A stretch of DNA of 63,923 bases, filler included, from an uncultured Methanosarcinales archaeon (GTDB lineage: Archaea > Nanobdellota > Nanobdellia > Woesearchaeales > CAZKBD01), in the NCBI GenBank assembly GCA_964550945.1. It is 4 parts of 4 records of this genome, joined end to end, with 100 filler letters (N's around TTAATTAATTAA, not from the genome) between each part and the next. Parts side by side here need not be neighbours in the genome. Positions count along the whole stretch, not along the records: positions 1 to 18,312 come from CAZKBD010000031.1; positions 18,413 to 36,593 come from CAZKBD010000032.1; 2 more parts are not named here. One strand, 5' to 3'. This document shows, one piece after another, positions 9,437-18,521 of this stretch (positions are counted from its first letter, which is position 1; every line of letters starts with the position of its first letter). A program made the position numbers and the translations under genes. The notes under the pieces were generated by a model. It was not told the DNA's origin. It worked only from the letters and a program-made list of their open reading frames with translations, and did not search any database.

Positions 9437-10606
9437 ATGGAGTTTGAAGAAGCGCTTAATTGGCTGTACTCATTAGAGCCGCATGAGATAAAACTAGGGC
9501 TTAGGAATATAAAAACTTTATTGGAGAAAATAGGCAACCCTCATAAAGGGCTAAAATGCATCCATGTTGCAGGAACTAATGGCAAAGGAAGCGTCTGCGC
9601 TATGATTGTAAGCATATTGATGGATGCAGGATTTAAGGTTGGCATGTATACAAGCCCCCATCTTGTGAAATTTAACGAAAGGATTACAGTTAATAACAAA
9701 CTAATAACAGATGAGGATATTGCGCGATTAGCTGCTAGAGTTAAGAAACATTACACCAGCCAAACATTTTTTGAGGTTACAACTGCTTTGGCATTTCTTT
9801 ATTTTAAGGAACAGAAAGTTGATTATCTTGTTTTGGAAGTTGGCTTAGGCGGAAGGTTAGATGCAACTAATGTTGTTGATCCTTTGGTCTCAATAATAAC
9901 CAACATCGATATTGAACATGTTGATTATCTGGGTAAAACTGTTAAATCAATTGCATATGAGAAAGCAGGAATCATCAAAAAAAATGGATTTGTAGTGGCA
10001 GGAGCAAAAAAAGAGGCTTTGGAAGTCATTAAAAAGATAGCTAAATCAAGAAATGCCAAGCTATTTTTAGCTAGAACTATCAATCTGAAGACAAACCTTA
10101 GAGGAGATTTTCAAAAAACCAATGTTAATATTGCGGTGGCTGCTGTTGATATGTTAAAAAAATATTACCAAATAAAAATAAACAATAAAAATATAAAAAA
10201 AGGATTAAAGAATGTGGCCTGGCCTGGAAGATTCCAATTTATTGGCAAGAATGTTCTGGTCGATTGCGCGCATAACCCGGCAGCAGCCGCTGTTTTGAAA
10301 AAAGAATTAACAAAAATAAAAAATAATTTCAAAAAGAAAATTCTTGTGATTGGGATATTAAAAGATAAAGATTATAAAACCATTTTAAAAATTCTTGTTC
10401 CGTTTTTTGATAAAATAATCATCACAAAACCCAAGCTGTACAGAGCATTGGAGCCGGAGATAATCGCAAAGGAAATGTCTGGAAAAGAGTTCTTAATCAA
10501 AAAAGAGGTTAAAGAAGCAGTAAATTATGCAAAATCAATTGCTGAAAATGACGATTTAATCGTGATAACTGGGTCTATTTATGTTGTGGGAGAGGTTTTA
10601 TCTTGA
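9437..10606 (+). CDS. folC: Folylpolyglutamate synthase / dihydrofolate synthase
   Basis: HVAGTNGKGS, TSPHL..FNERI, EVGLGGRLDATN, WPGRFQ, DCAHNP, TGSIYVVG. Confidence 0.93.
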   Translation: MEFEEALNWLYSLEPHEIKLGLRNIKTLLEKIGNPHKGLKCIHVAGTNGKGSVCAMIVSILMDAGFKVGMYTSPHLVKFNERITVNNKLITDEDIARLAARVKKHYTSQTFFEVTTALAFLYFKEQKVDYLVLEVGLGGRLDATNVVDPLVSIITNIDIEHVDYLGKTVKSIAYEKAGIIKKNGFVVAGAKKEALEVIKKIAKSRNAKLFLARTINLKTNLRGDFQKTNVNIAVAAVDMLKKYYQIKINNKNIKKGLKNVAWPGRFQFIGKNVLVDCAHNPAAAAVLKKELTKIKNNFKKKILVIGILKDKDYKTILKILVPFFDKIIITKPKLYRALEPEIIAKEMSGKEFLIKKEVKEAVNYAKSIAENDDLIVITGSIYVVGEVLS

Positions 10607-10628
10607 TTATAAATGCTATTCAAGTTTT

Positions 10629-11768
10629 TCAATTTGCAATCAATTTTTCAACTTTGTACTTACTTCTAAATCTTTTTTGCATCAACTGGAATGCTTCATC
10701 GTTGGGATATAAACCGAACACAGCTCCGCCAGAACCTGGAAACTTTGCATAAGCTCCGCATTTCATTGCTTCCCTGACCAACTCTATGTTTCTTTTTCCT
10801 AAATAACCATTATCAAAATATTCTACTGAAAGTTCGAAACACTCTCTGATTGATTGCCCTAATCTTTCCATGTCCCATTGGAGGATAGCAGACTTTGCTT
10901 CTACTGCAAGATTCGCAATTCTTTCCATCCCTTCCATTACTCTTTTGTTTTGATTTCTGAATGCTTGGACGTTTGGCGATAACTCTGTGCTGGAGTCGCT
11001 GCCAGATTCACCCGTTATGATAAAAAATGGCAGGGGTCCCTTAGTTTCAATAGCTTCGACATAAGGCAATACAGCATATCTCATAGCTCCGTTGTCTCTT
11101 ATCGCTTTATTTGACAGATAGGCATTTGATGATGAGTAATCAGCATGAACAACTGCCCTTTCCAATGAATCAAGGTTACTATTGGCTGATTCCATTCTGT
11201 AAGTTCCCTTTGAGAAATCCATGTACACTATCTTTTCTCTACTGACAGCAACAGGGTCTTGTGGGCCTGCATTCCTCTTTAATTCGTGAGTCTCTGCATG
11301 AAGAGCCATGCTTTCGATATCGCTGCTGCATAATCTTGTTCCATAAAATTCATTTAATGCTCTTAATATAGAAACTGATACTGCTGTAGATCCAGAAAAC
11401 CCTAAAGAGTAAGGGATAGTTGAAGAATAGGAAACTCTAAAAGGTTTCCTCTCAAATTCTATCCTATTAAACATACAAAAATCAAAAAAGGTTTTTATCA
11501 CAGATAATGCAAGTTTATTTTCTTCTACTTCTGGAGTAAGAATTGTGTTTTCAACTGGAAATACCTTTCCCAATAATCTATCAAGGCTGCTAAAATCTTC
11601 TAAATCCAGTTCGTTTCTATATTCTCTTTGTAAAATAAAAGATTCGGAAGATGATATAGTACATTGCGCTGAGTAATTTAAGAAACTCATAGAAAGGCAT
11701 TTGCCCCAAAAACCGTCAGAAGGGTTGCCTGCAATTGAAACTCTGGGATAAGATATTTTTTGGATCAT
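10629..11768 (-). CDS. GHMP family sugar kinase (glucuronokinase-like)
   Basis: PRVSIAGNPSDGF, IPYSLGFSGS ATP loop, AGPQD, AKFPGSGGAVFG. Confidence 0.8.
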   Translation of the reverse strand: MIQKISYPRVSIAGNPSDGFWGKCLSMSFLNYSAQCTISSSESFILQREYRNELDLEDFSSLDRLLGKVFPVENTILTPEVEENKLALSVIKTFFDFCMFNRIEFERKPFRVSYSSTIPYSLGFSGSTAVSVSILRALNEFYGTRLCSSDIESMALHAETHELKRNAGPQDPVAVSREKIVYMDFSKGTYRMESANSNLDSLERAVVHADYSSSNAYLSNKAIRDNGAMRYAVLPYVEAIETKGPLPFFIITGESGSDSSTELSPNVQAFRNQNKRVMEGMERIANLAVEAKSAILQWDMERLGQSIRECFELSVEYFDNGYLGKRNIELVREAMKCGAYAKFPGSGGAVFGLYPNDEAFQLMQKRFRSKYKVEKLIAN

Positions 11769-11815
11769 TCTTTACCAACTTTTGCATGTTTTATGGTTTT
11801 CTAGTGGCAAATCTA

Positions 11816-13036
11816 CTATTGCCCTATGATGTACCTTTGATGCAGCGCTTTAACTTCGCCTATTGGAACTCCAGAAAGCCAAGTCATGAAAGCATTTCTT
11901 CTTGCTGATGATGGGGAGCATATTTTGCAATGATCGTCAGGCAGTGCTTGTACATGCTCAACTCTTTTACTACCATACCACAATTCCTGGAACCCACAAT
12001 GAGAAAAACTGCCATATGAATCTACACCTGAGTGGGTTCTATGGCCGCATGCATATAACTCGTAATTAGGGCCTACACATGCCCAGAAATGATGGTTAAA
12101 ACATCTTCTGCCGTAAGACTGAAACTCAGAATCGTCTTTACTTATCCCCTCGTTTGAATAAATAGAAACCACTTTGAATCCATTTCCTGAATACTCCATT
12201 GCCTGCTCAATCTGTTCTTCTATGGTTACAGCCAATTGCCTGACCATATTTGTATCAGTAAAATCTACTCTGAATCTAATCTCGTTTACGCCGATTTCTC
12301 TAGCTCTTCTGGCAGCCTGAGGAACATCGCCATAGTTGGTTGACCCTATGACATAGCTAGCAGCTACATGCAGCGTGCTTCCACATCTAGATCTCTTTTC
12401 AATGATAGCCTCAAGGTTTTGCGCTACCCTTCCGAAGCCATTTATTCCTTTTAGTTGCAGGAATGTTTCGTCAGAACCAGCATCTAGGCTTAGCACAAGT
12501 TTGTCTGCTTCTAATACAGCATCCAAGAAGAGATCTCCATTATTGCTGCATCTCTTGTCAAGCCACAGGCCATTAGTAAACACTATGACTTTTTTTCCAT
12601 AACTCTTGAAAAGCTTTATTCCTTGCGCTGTGGCAGGATTAACCAATGGCTCTCCTGTAGTTCCGCAGAATTTTGCCACTTCAATGCCAAATCCATCTTC
12701 TTCAAAGTCAGCAACTTTTCTTGCGAGATCTTCCATCTCTTTTTCAGTTATCACAGCAGGCAAAGGATCATAAAACCTCCCAAAACAGTGTTTGCATTTG
12801 AGATTGCAGGAAGCAGAAGGCTGAATCTCAAGCTCGTAAGGAGGCGGAGATCCACCCCCTAATATGTAAAGAACCCTATCAAAATGCTCTGTTAAAAGCT
12901 GCCGTTCATAGTCATGCGGCGGTTCTCCCCTCTTTAAAAATCTGACAAATGTTTTTTCTGCTTCCTCCTTTATAGGAACAGCCGCATTATTTTGCATACT
13001 TGCGCTATCTTGGTCTTTTCGCTTTTTTTGTTTCAT
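11816..13036 (-). CDS. Radical SAM protein with C-terminal SPASM/twitch-like Cys domain
   Basis: CNLKCKHC (CxxxCxxC), GEPL, FTNG, SLDAG, plus C-terminal CFNH..YACGH..CKIC. Confidence 0.88.
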   Translation of the reverse strand: MKQKKRKDQDSASMQNNAAVPIKEEAEKTFVRFLKRGEPPHDYERQLLTEHFDRVLYILGGGSPPPYELEIQPSASCNLKCKHCFGRFYDPLPAVITEKEMEDLARKVADFEEDGFGIEVAKFCGTTGEPLVNPATAQGIKLFKSYGKKVIVFTNGLWLDKRCSNNGDLFLDAVLEADKLVLSLDAGSDETFLQLKGINGFGRVAQNLEAIIEKRSRCGSTLHVAASYVIGSTNYGDVPQAARRAREIGVNEIRFRVDFTDTNMVRQLAVTIEEQIEQAMEYSGNGFKVVSIYSNEGISKDDSEFQSYGRRCFNHHFWACVGPNYELYACGHRTHSGVDSYGSFSHCGFQELWYGSKRVEHVQALPDDHCKICSPSSARRNAFMTWLSGVPIGEVKALHQRYIIGQ

Positions 13037-13070
13037 AGAGCTGTCGCTACCTCAGATCAGTTTTGATTAA

Positions 13071-13535
13071 TCACTCGAGAACACTGAAGTGTTCTGGCTT
13101 GCTAAGGAAATCCTCTTTTTTTAATTCTTCAGTAATGTTAAAAATCTGAATTTGCTCTATCGGATAATTTTTTTCAATACTATAAGCAAAATTTTCAACA
13201 TCCCCTATATTTTTAAAGATAACCTCTGCCAAAAAATCAGAGCCAAAATTTACTTTATGGAGTGAATTGACATTAGGGTGCTGCATCAAAAATTTCTGCA
13301 ATGCGTCTTTTGAATCCCTATTCACCTTTATTGCGATTTGCGCTTTGGCATTAAGGCCAATCTTTTGAAAATCAACCAGCGTTACATGTTTTTGTATGAA
13401 CTTTTTTTCTTGAGCCTTGAGTTTGTCATAAATGGTTGTTACGGGAATTCCAAGGTTTCTTGCAATCTCGGTCACTTTTTTCCTCGCATTATTTCTTAAG
13501 TGTGATAGAATTTTGAGGTCTTTTTGTGGGATCAT
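13071..13535 (-). CDS. Lrp/AsnC family transcriptional regulator
   Basis: DLKILSHLRNNARKKVTEIARNLGIPVTTIYDKL HTH followed by a RAM-like domain. Confidence 0.92.
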   Translation of the reverse strand: MIPQKDLKILSHLRNNARKKVTEIARNLGIPVTTIYDKLKAQEKKFIQKHVTLVDFQKIGLNAKAQIAIKVNRDSKDALQKFLMQHPNVNSLHKVNFGSDFLAEVIFKNIGDVENFAYSIEKNYPIEQIQIFNITEELKKEDFLSKPEHFSVLE

Positions 13536-13578
13536 TTTGATAATTGTGGTGAGGATTACGAAGTATAAAAATGTTGCT

Positions 13579-13681
13579 ATATTGCATTATATGTATGCAA
13601 TATTGCATATATGCATCACTTACCATTAAATTACGCAAAAATGCATAAAATTTATATATAATTGCACATTATATATGCAAT
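13579..13681. promoter_or_regulatory. Divergent promoter region with two ATTGCA-N9-TGCAAT palindromic operators
   Basis: ATTGCA TTATATGTA TGCAAT (13581-13601) and ATTGCA CATTATATA TGCAAT (13661-13681), plus TGCATATATGCA (13604-13615). TATA-like TTTATATA at 13651. Confidence 0.7.
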
Positions 13682-13855
13682 ATGGCAGCAAAATATGTGG
13701 GCGTAAATATTCCAGTAGGTCTTGCAAAGGTAATTGATGAGATTGTAAAGAAAGAGGGGATTTATGGTAACAGAGCTTCTTTTGTCAAGCATATAATCCA
13801 AGACTGGATAGAAGAATATAGGAAGCAGAAAATTGTTGAGAAGAAATTAGGCTAA
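13682..13855 (+). CDS. Small ribbon-helix-helix (CopG/Arc-like) regulator, 57 aa
   Basis: Manual translation MAAKYVGVNIPVGLAKVIDEIVKKEGIYGNRASFVKHIIQDWIEEYRKQKIVEKKLG; below the track length cutoff; TATA 23 nt upstream. Confidence 0.82.
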   Translation: MAAKYVGVNIPVGLAKVIDEIVKKEGIYGNRASFVKHIIQDWIEEYRKQKIVEKKLG

Positions 13856-13860
13856 CTGTG

Positions 13861-14213
13861 TTATTTAAGCATAGCAGCTAAATTCTCTGGAGACTTTTCA
13901 TGAAAATCTGGCATATTAGGCTTAAGAGGCAGCCTATAACACAAAGCAATTGCCAGCATATCAAAAACATCAACACAAGGCCTATCATAATATCTTACTC
14001 CTCCAAATTCTTTAGAGGAAGGAATCCATTCAGCTCCATTGAATTCAAGCGCCCTTATTGATCCGTCAACATAGGATATAAAATTTGCTTCCCAGCTAAT
14101 GTTGGATTGAAATAATCTTGGCCTTGGCAAATTGCGTTTACATGACCCTCCAACAAATATTTGCTAAAAGCATCAACCATCCAGCGATCATACCTGACAT
14201 AGCCATTATTCAT
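13861..14213 (-). CDS. Hypothetical protein, possibly frameshifted (overlapping ORFs 14055-14213 and 13861-14130)
   Basis: ATG at 14213 overlaps the end of the upstream small gene; coding appears to continue in a second frame that ends at 13861. No recognised motif. Confidence 0.4.
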
Positions 14214-14370
14214 TTTTATCACTTGCAGACCTTCTATCATAATGCTCAATCATATCAATTATCGCATGCGTAATAAAATCATGATGGTCTTCGAAAATGC
14301 CATGCTTATTTATTATAGTGATAATTTTATTATATACTGCCGGTGAAAACTCCATAGTGAATTGAGGCAT
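14206..14370 (-). CDS. Small RHH-like protein, 54 aa
   Basis: Manual translation MPQFTMEFSPAVYNKIITIINKHGIFEDHHDFITHAIIDMIEHYDRRSASDKNE; GGTGGTG SD upstream; strand-helix-G-helix pattern. Confidence 0.6.
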   Translation of the reverse strand: MPQFTMEFSPAVYNKIITIINKHGIFEDHHDFITHAIIDMIEHYDRRSASDKNE

Positions 14371-14379
14371 ATCACCACC

Positions 14380-14748
14380 CTAATTGTGGTTTGGATCTGC
14401 TTCATGATAGTGCATGCGGCCTGGTTGGAATGCGGTTAAATCTGTACTTAAAAATTCTTCAACCTTATCTGCATATTCATGAAATCCATGGCTTCTTAAC
14501 ACATTAGCTGCCGAAGCGGCTATGCAGCGCCTATCATTTTCTGGAAGCCTTGAAGGGTCATAGCTTAGATCATCATTTGGGCAATAACCCTCTTGCGAAT
14601 GCGCGAAAGAAACTGGATAGCCTCCAAATCCCATCGATAACATCGTATGCGCTGCAAGCCTTAAAGATAAGTCAGTTGGCTGATAAGCGGCCAGAGCCTC
14701 ATCCACTGCTCTACCAATGTCCACTTGTGCTTTTTGTACTGTTGGCAT
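14380..14748 (-). CDS. Hypothetical protein
   Basis: 122-aa ORF with a GGAGGT SD upstream; no recognised motif. Confidence 0.65.
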   Translation of the reverse strand: MPTVQKAQVDIGRAVDEALAAYQPTDLSLRLAAHTMLSMGFGGYPVSFAHSQEGYCPNDDLSYDPSRLPENDRRCIAASAANVLRSHGFHEYADKVEEFLSTDLTAFQPGRMHYHEADPNHN

Positions 14749-14899
14749 ATTAATCTACCTCCCGTTGTTTCGATATATAATGTTAATATTACTGAACTAT
14801 ATATAATTATTCCATACTGAATATACATCTCAATAGTGGAATATATTTTTTAAAAAATCACTATTTTTCGAAAAATTTATATATTCTAACCTATTTATT

Positions 14900-15823
14900 A
14901 TGGCTATGAGAAGGAAAGTTATCAAGCAGGGGCATAACACTTTGACGATAACTTTGCCAGCTAAGTGGGTTGAGAAGAATAACGTTAAAGCCGGAGCAGA
15001 GTTAGATATCCAAGATAAGGATCACATCTTAATAATAACAACCAAACCAACTAACGGAAAGGAAACAACAACCATAGATATTTCTGAATTTGATGTGGCT
15101 TTGGAAAAAGTGATATACTCCCTATATAAAAAGGGATACGATGAAATAGTCTTAAATTATTCAGATTCTTCAGTGCTTAATAAAATTCAGAAAATAATCC
15201 TTGAGTTGGTTATAGGCTTTGAGATTGTGAGTCATTCAAAGAACTCTTGCACTATCAGAAGCGTTGTGGAAATGGATGACAATGAATTTAGTTCAATTTT
15301 GCGTAGAACCTTCCTGCTGCTTCATTCTCAAGAAGAGGGGATACTAAATTCCTTAGAGAGCGAGGATTATCCTTCTTTGATTATATTTAGGAATATGGAA
15401 TCTACAAACAACAGATACACTGGTTTTTGCAGGAGAGTTATCAACAAAAGGGGGTTTGGTGAGCAAAAGAATGAAAAGTTGCTCTATTGTATGATCGAGT
15501 TTTTAGAAAAAGCTGCTGACGAGTATAAATTTCTAAGCGATTTTTTAACAGAAAACAAAAATATACTGAAAAAACTTTCAAAAGAAAATCTTGATCTATT
15601 CAGAAGGGTTTGCCTTCTTTCACGCAGTATAGAAAAACTATACTACAAATTTGATATTAAAGATTACCTTAGTATATACCGGGAAAGAAAAGACATTGTA
15701 AAGGTCATTGCAAAGAATTATCCAATGGAAAAAAGCCCAAATAGCATTTTTTTGCACTATATGCTTAGTCTAGTTGGCATTTATATTGATATAACCAATT
15801 TTATTTTGACAATGAAATTATGA
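14900..15823 (+). CDS. Phosphate-uptake regulator-like protein (AbrB N-terminus + PhoU-like helical repeats)
   Basis: MRRKVIKQGHNTLTITLPAKWV AbrB motif, YKKGYDEI, GFEIV, EKAADEY. Confidence 0.82.
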   Translation: MAMRRKVIKQGHNTLTITLPAKWVEKNNVKAGAELDIQDKDHILIITTKPTNGKETTTIDISEFDVALEKVIYSLYKKGYDEIVLNYSDSSVLNKIQKIILELVIGFEIVSHSKNSCTIRSVVEMDDNEFSSILRRTFLLLHSQEEGILNSLESEDYPSLIIFRNMESTNNRYTGFCRRVINKRGFGEQKNEKLLYCMIEFLEKAADEYKFLSDFLTENKNILKKLSKENLDLFRRVCLLSRSIEKLYYKFDIKDYLSIYRERKDIVKVIAKNYPMEKSPNSIFLHYMLSLVGIYIDITNFILTMKL

Positions 15824-18280
15824 ACCTAGTCCTAATAGGGGCGCTATTTTTGAAAAATTTGGGGATTGTTCTAATAGTTCTTTTCCGTGATCTGACATTT
15901 TCTCATACATGAAGTTTACTTTAGTTCTTACTCTTTTGGGATCATCATTGTGTTGCGCAAGATATGTGTCTAGATTCACACTAAAAAAACTGAGGCTATC
16001 AGCATCCCTGATTTTTTCTATTTTTCTATGGAACTGGACATTATTTCTTGGAAGTATTGTATGGTCATGATACCTTACTAATGTAGTGGCCTCTTGAATA
16101 AACGCAGCATCTACACTTTCCTCTTTAAGCATCCCTTCCAGTAGTGTTGCGCAAGCTGCAGCATGTCTCCTTTTGTAATCTCTATACGATTCTCCTTCTC
16201 CCATCTTCACTTTTTTTCCAACTGCTCTCTCATAATCATGAAAAACTGCTGCAAGCCGTTCAGCATACGAAGCGCCTGGGTCTAATTCAAGCAGCTTTTC
16301 TTCAGTATTCTTTAAATGAGGGTGAAGATAGTCAGTTGGGGGAGTTTTAGATACTTCTTGGATAACTCTGTCAGTTAAAGTTTGGTAAATTACACCCCTT
16401 TTTCTTATGGTTTCAAATTCACCTTTAAATTCTTGGGCATTTTCTGGACGCTTATTGGGATCTCTATTCAGAAGTCTTAATACCGTTAATCTGAGGTCCT
16501 CAACTACGCTGCCAACTCTGCTTTGGAGTTGATTGTCATAATCCCCAGATTCTACTCTAAACTCGAGTATATCTGTTTCGTATTGGCCTCGACTATCATC
16601 TGTTTTATCTGGTTTTGGCAGTTCAGGATGAGGTGTAGGATAATGCCCAGTTAACATCCTCCACATGATGGCGCCTACAGAGTACATATCCGATCGAGTT
16701 GTTTTTTTAGTACCTGGTTCAAATAATTCTGGAGCTCTAGTGTCAATCGATCCTATATTTGCCCCTCTTAATTGAGGGGTGTTAACCTCTCTTACTCTAG
16801 AAGAAACTCCAAAATCATCCAACTTTACTATGCCTTTTATAATGCCAATATTGTCCAATTTTAGGTCTCCATGGACAATACTCCCCTCTTTATAGGTGTG
16901 GCAGAAACTTAAACCTTCCAAAATCTGAGCCATATGATCATAGAAAGTTTCCATGGAAGGGGGTTTCTCTCCGAACTGATACACTTTAGATAGTATACTA
17001 TCACAAACTGGCTCTACCATAGCAATTCTACCATCTGGCAGAGTAGTTGGAACTCCCATCTCCATAATATTTTCGTGTTTTGATTCTGCAAGGAGCGCTA
17101 ATCTACATTCCCTTCTCAAATAATCTGCAAAACTTATTTTCTCTTCCTCTAGGAAAGCTTCTCCATCAGGACCAAGCTCAATAACATGGACAAATCTAGT
17201 CTGCCTAGATTGTCTATGTTTTCCTATATAAGAGGATTTGAAAGCTGTCTTCGGTGCGGGGCTTATAACCTCATAATCCGGATGTTCAATAATTTCTCGT
17301 AATCTAACTCTGGATGACCACCCTGTTACCGAGTCATCAATTTTTGCAGATAAATCGTCTACAATGGCCTTGCCTAACTCCTCTGTCCTAGCCACGACAA
17401 GTGTAACTTCATAATTCTTAAGAATTTTCGGATCAGCCATATAGGACTCTAAAGATTTTCCTCTGGCATCTGCTACATAAAAACCCACGGCTTTCAAAAA
17501 TCTATACATACTGGCAACATCTGCTATTTGTAAACTTGCCCAACTATCTTTATAAAGAGCTCTTAAATCAACTATAGCATCCATTTTACCAGCTATCATA
17601 TTTACAATATCAATTGCACTGGAGCCGCTGCTTGTTATTCTTACTTCGCCATACTTCTTCCTATCAATTAAATGACCTGCAAGTTCACCTATCCCGCGCA
17701 GATTATAACTTGTATTGCCCATTATATCAATTTGGCAATCACCGAATTGCAGATCTGGTGGCTGAAAATCTGTGCGTACAACTCTTGTTCCGTTAATATA
17801 AGCCACAGATCTTCCTTCTGCTTCTTTTATTGCAGAAAAAACATCGCCTTGCATTGTAGCAGTTACATTTACTACAATATCTTCAAAACGTGGGCCTTCA
17901 AATAGCGCCATACAAACAGCAGAGTCAGGCCTCATATTGAAAGCTTCCCATCCTTGCCTGGGCAGTCTATTTTCAAGGGTTGTTCTTTGTGATTGGAACC
18001 TTCCTGTAAATTTCTGCCCATCTATCTCATCAACCACTAGAACAGGTTTACCACCATGAACATGAAAATCATATTCAAAATTCGCAGACTCTACTACAAT
18101 TTCAATTGCATCTACATCATAGCGCCCTATAGCATGTTGCCTTATCGCTCCTAATACTAAACCAGGAGCAGTCGATGATAATGTTGTGCCAGTTTGATGC
18201 CCAGTACCTCCTATCTGCTCGCCTCTTCTTTCCTCTCTAATTTTTAATATCTCTCCAATAGAATTCCTCTTTCCACCAGT
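15818..18280 (-). CDS. Fusion: IMPase/FBPase-like domain + Ser/Thr kinase domain + HD (DUF4202-like) domain; 5' end unresolved
   Basis: VVDEIDG, RITSSGSSAIDIVNMIAGKMDAIVDLR and ADVAS (IMPase-like); HGDLKLDN, DFG, RAPE, SDMYSVG (kinase); FHDYER, HAAAC, YHD, DADSLSFF (HD). The frame is open 81 codons upstream of the track start, to a TAG at 18281-18283 near the contig end. Confidence 0.8.
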   Translation of the reverse strand, partial: TGGKRNSIGEILKIREERRGEQIGGTGHQTGTTLSSTAPGLVLGAIRQHAIGRYDVDAIEIVVESANFEYDFHVHGGKPVLVVDEIDGQKFTGRFQSQRTTLENRLPRQGWEAFNMRPDSAVCMALFEGPRFEDIVVNVTATMQGDVFSAIKEAEGRSVAYINGTRVVRTDFQPPDLQFGDCQIDIMGNTSYNLRGIGELAGHLIDRKKYGEVRITSSGSSAIDIVNMIAGKMDAIVDLRALYKDSWASLQIADVASMYRFLKAVGFYVADARGKSLESYMADPKILKNYEVTLVVARTEELGKAIVDDLSAKIDDSVTGWSSRVRLREIIEHPDYEVISPAPKTAFKSSYIGKHRQSRQTRFVHVIELGPDGEAFLEEEKISFADYLRRECRLALLAESKHENIMEMGVPTTLPDGRIAMVEPVCDSILSKVYQFGEKPPSMETFYDHMAQILEGLSFCHTYKEGSIVHGDLKLDNIGIIKGIVKLDDFGVSSRVREVNTPQLRGANIGSIDTRAPELFEPGTKKTTRSDMYSVGAIMWRMLTGHYPTPHPELPKPDKTDDSRGQYETDILEFRVESGDYDNQLQSRVGSVVEDLRLTVLRLLNRDPNKRPENAQEFKGEFETIRKRGVIYQTLTDRVIQEVSKTPPTDYLHPHLKNTEEKLLELDPGASYAERLAAVFHDYERAVGKKVKMGEGESYRDYKRRHAAACATLLEGMLKEESVDAAFIQEATTLVRYHDHTILPRNNVQFHRKIEKIRDADSLSFFSVNLDTYLAQHNDDPKRVRTKVNFMYEKMSDHGKELLEQSPNFSKIAPLLGLGS

Positions 18281-18312
18281 CTATAGCGAGCCAAGAGCGG
18301 TGACTGGTGGGA

Positions 18313-18412
18313 NNNNNNNNNNNNNNNNNNNNNNNNNNNNNNNNNNNNNNNNNNNNTTAATTAATTAANNNNNNNNNNNNNNNNNNNNNNNNNNNNNNNN
18401 NNNNNNNNNNNN
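18313..18412. other. Assembly gap with artificial linker
   Basis: N-run containing TTAATTAATTAA (stops in all frames). Confidence 0.98.
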
Positions 18413-18521
18413 GCAATATGGCACAATTTGCTTAGATTATAACAAATCAATCCTGTCCCAAAATCCAAAAAACCACCACAAAATTCACAAAAAAATATAA
18501 TAAAAAAAAATAAATAAAAGA

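Noticed and set aside
18313..18412. TTAATTAATTAA palindrome in N-runs (also 36594-36693 and 54789-54888)
   Set aside because: Artificial contig-joining linker, not biological.
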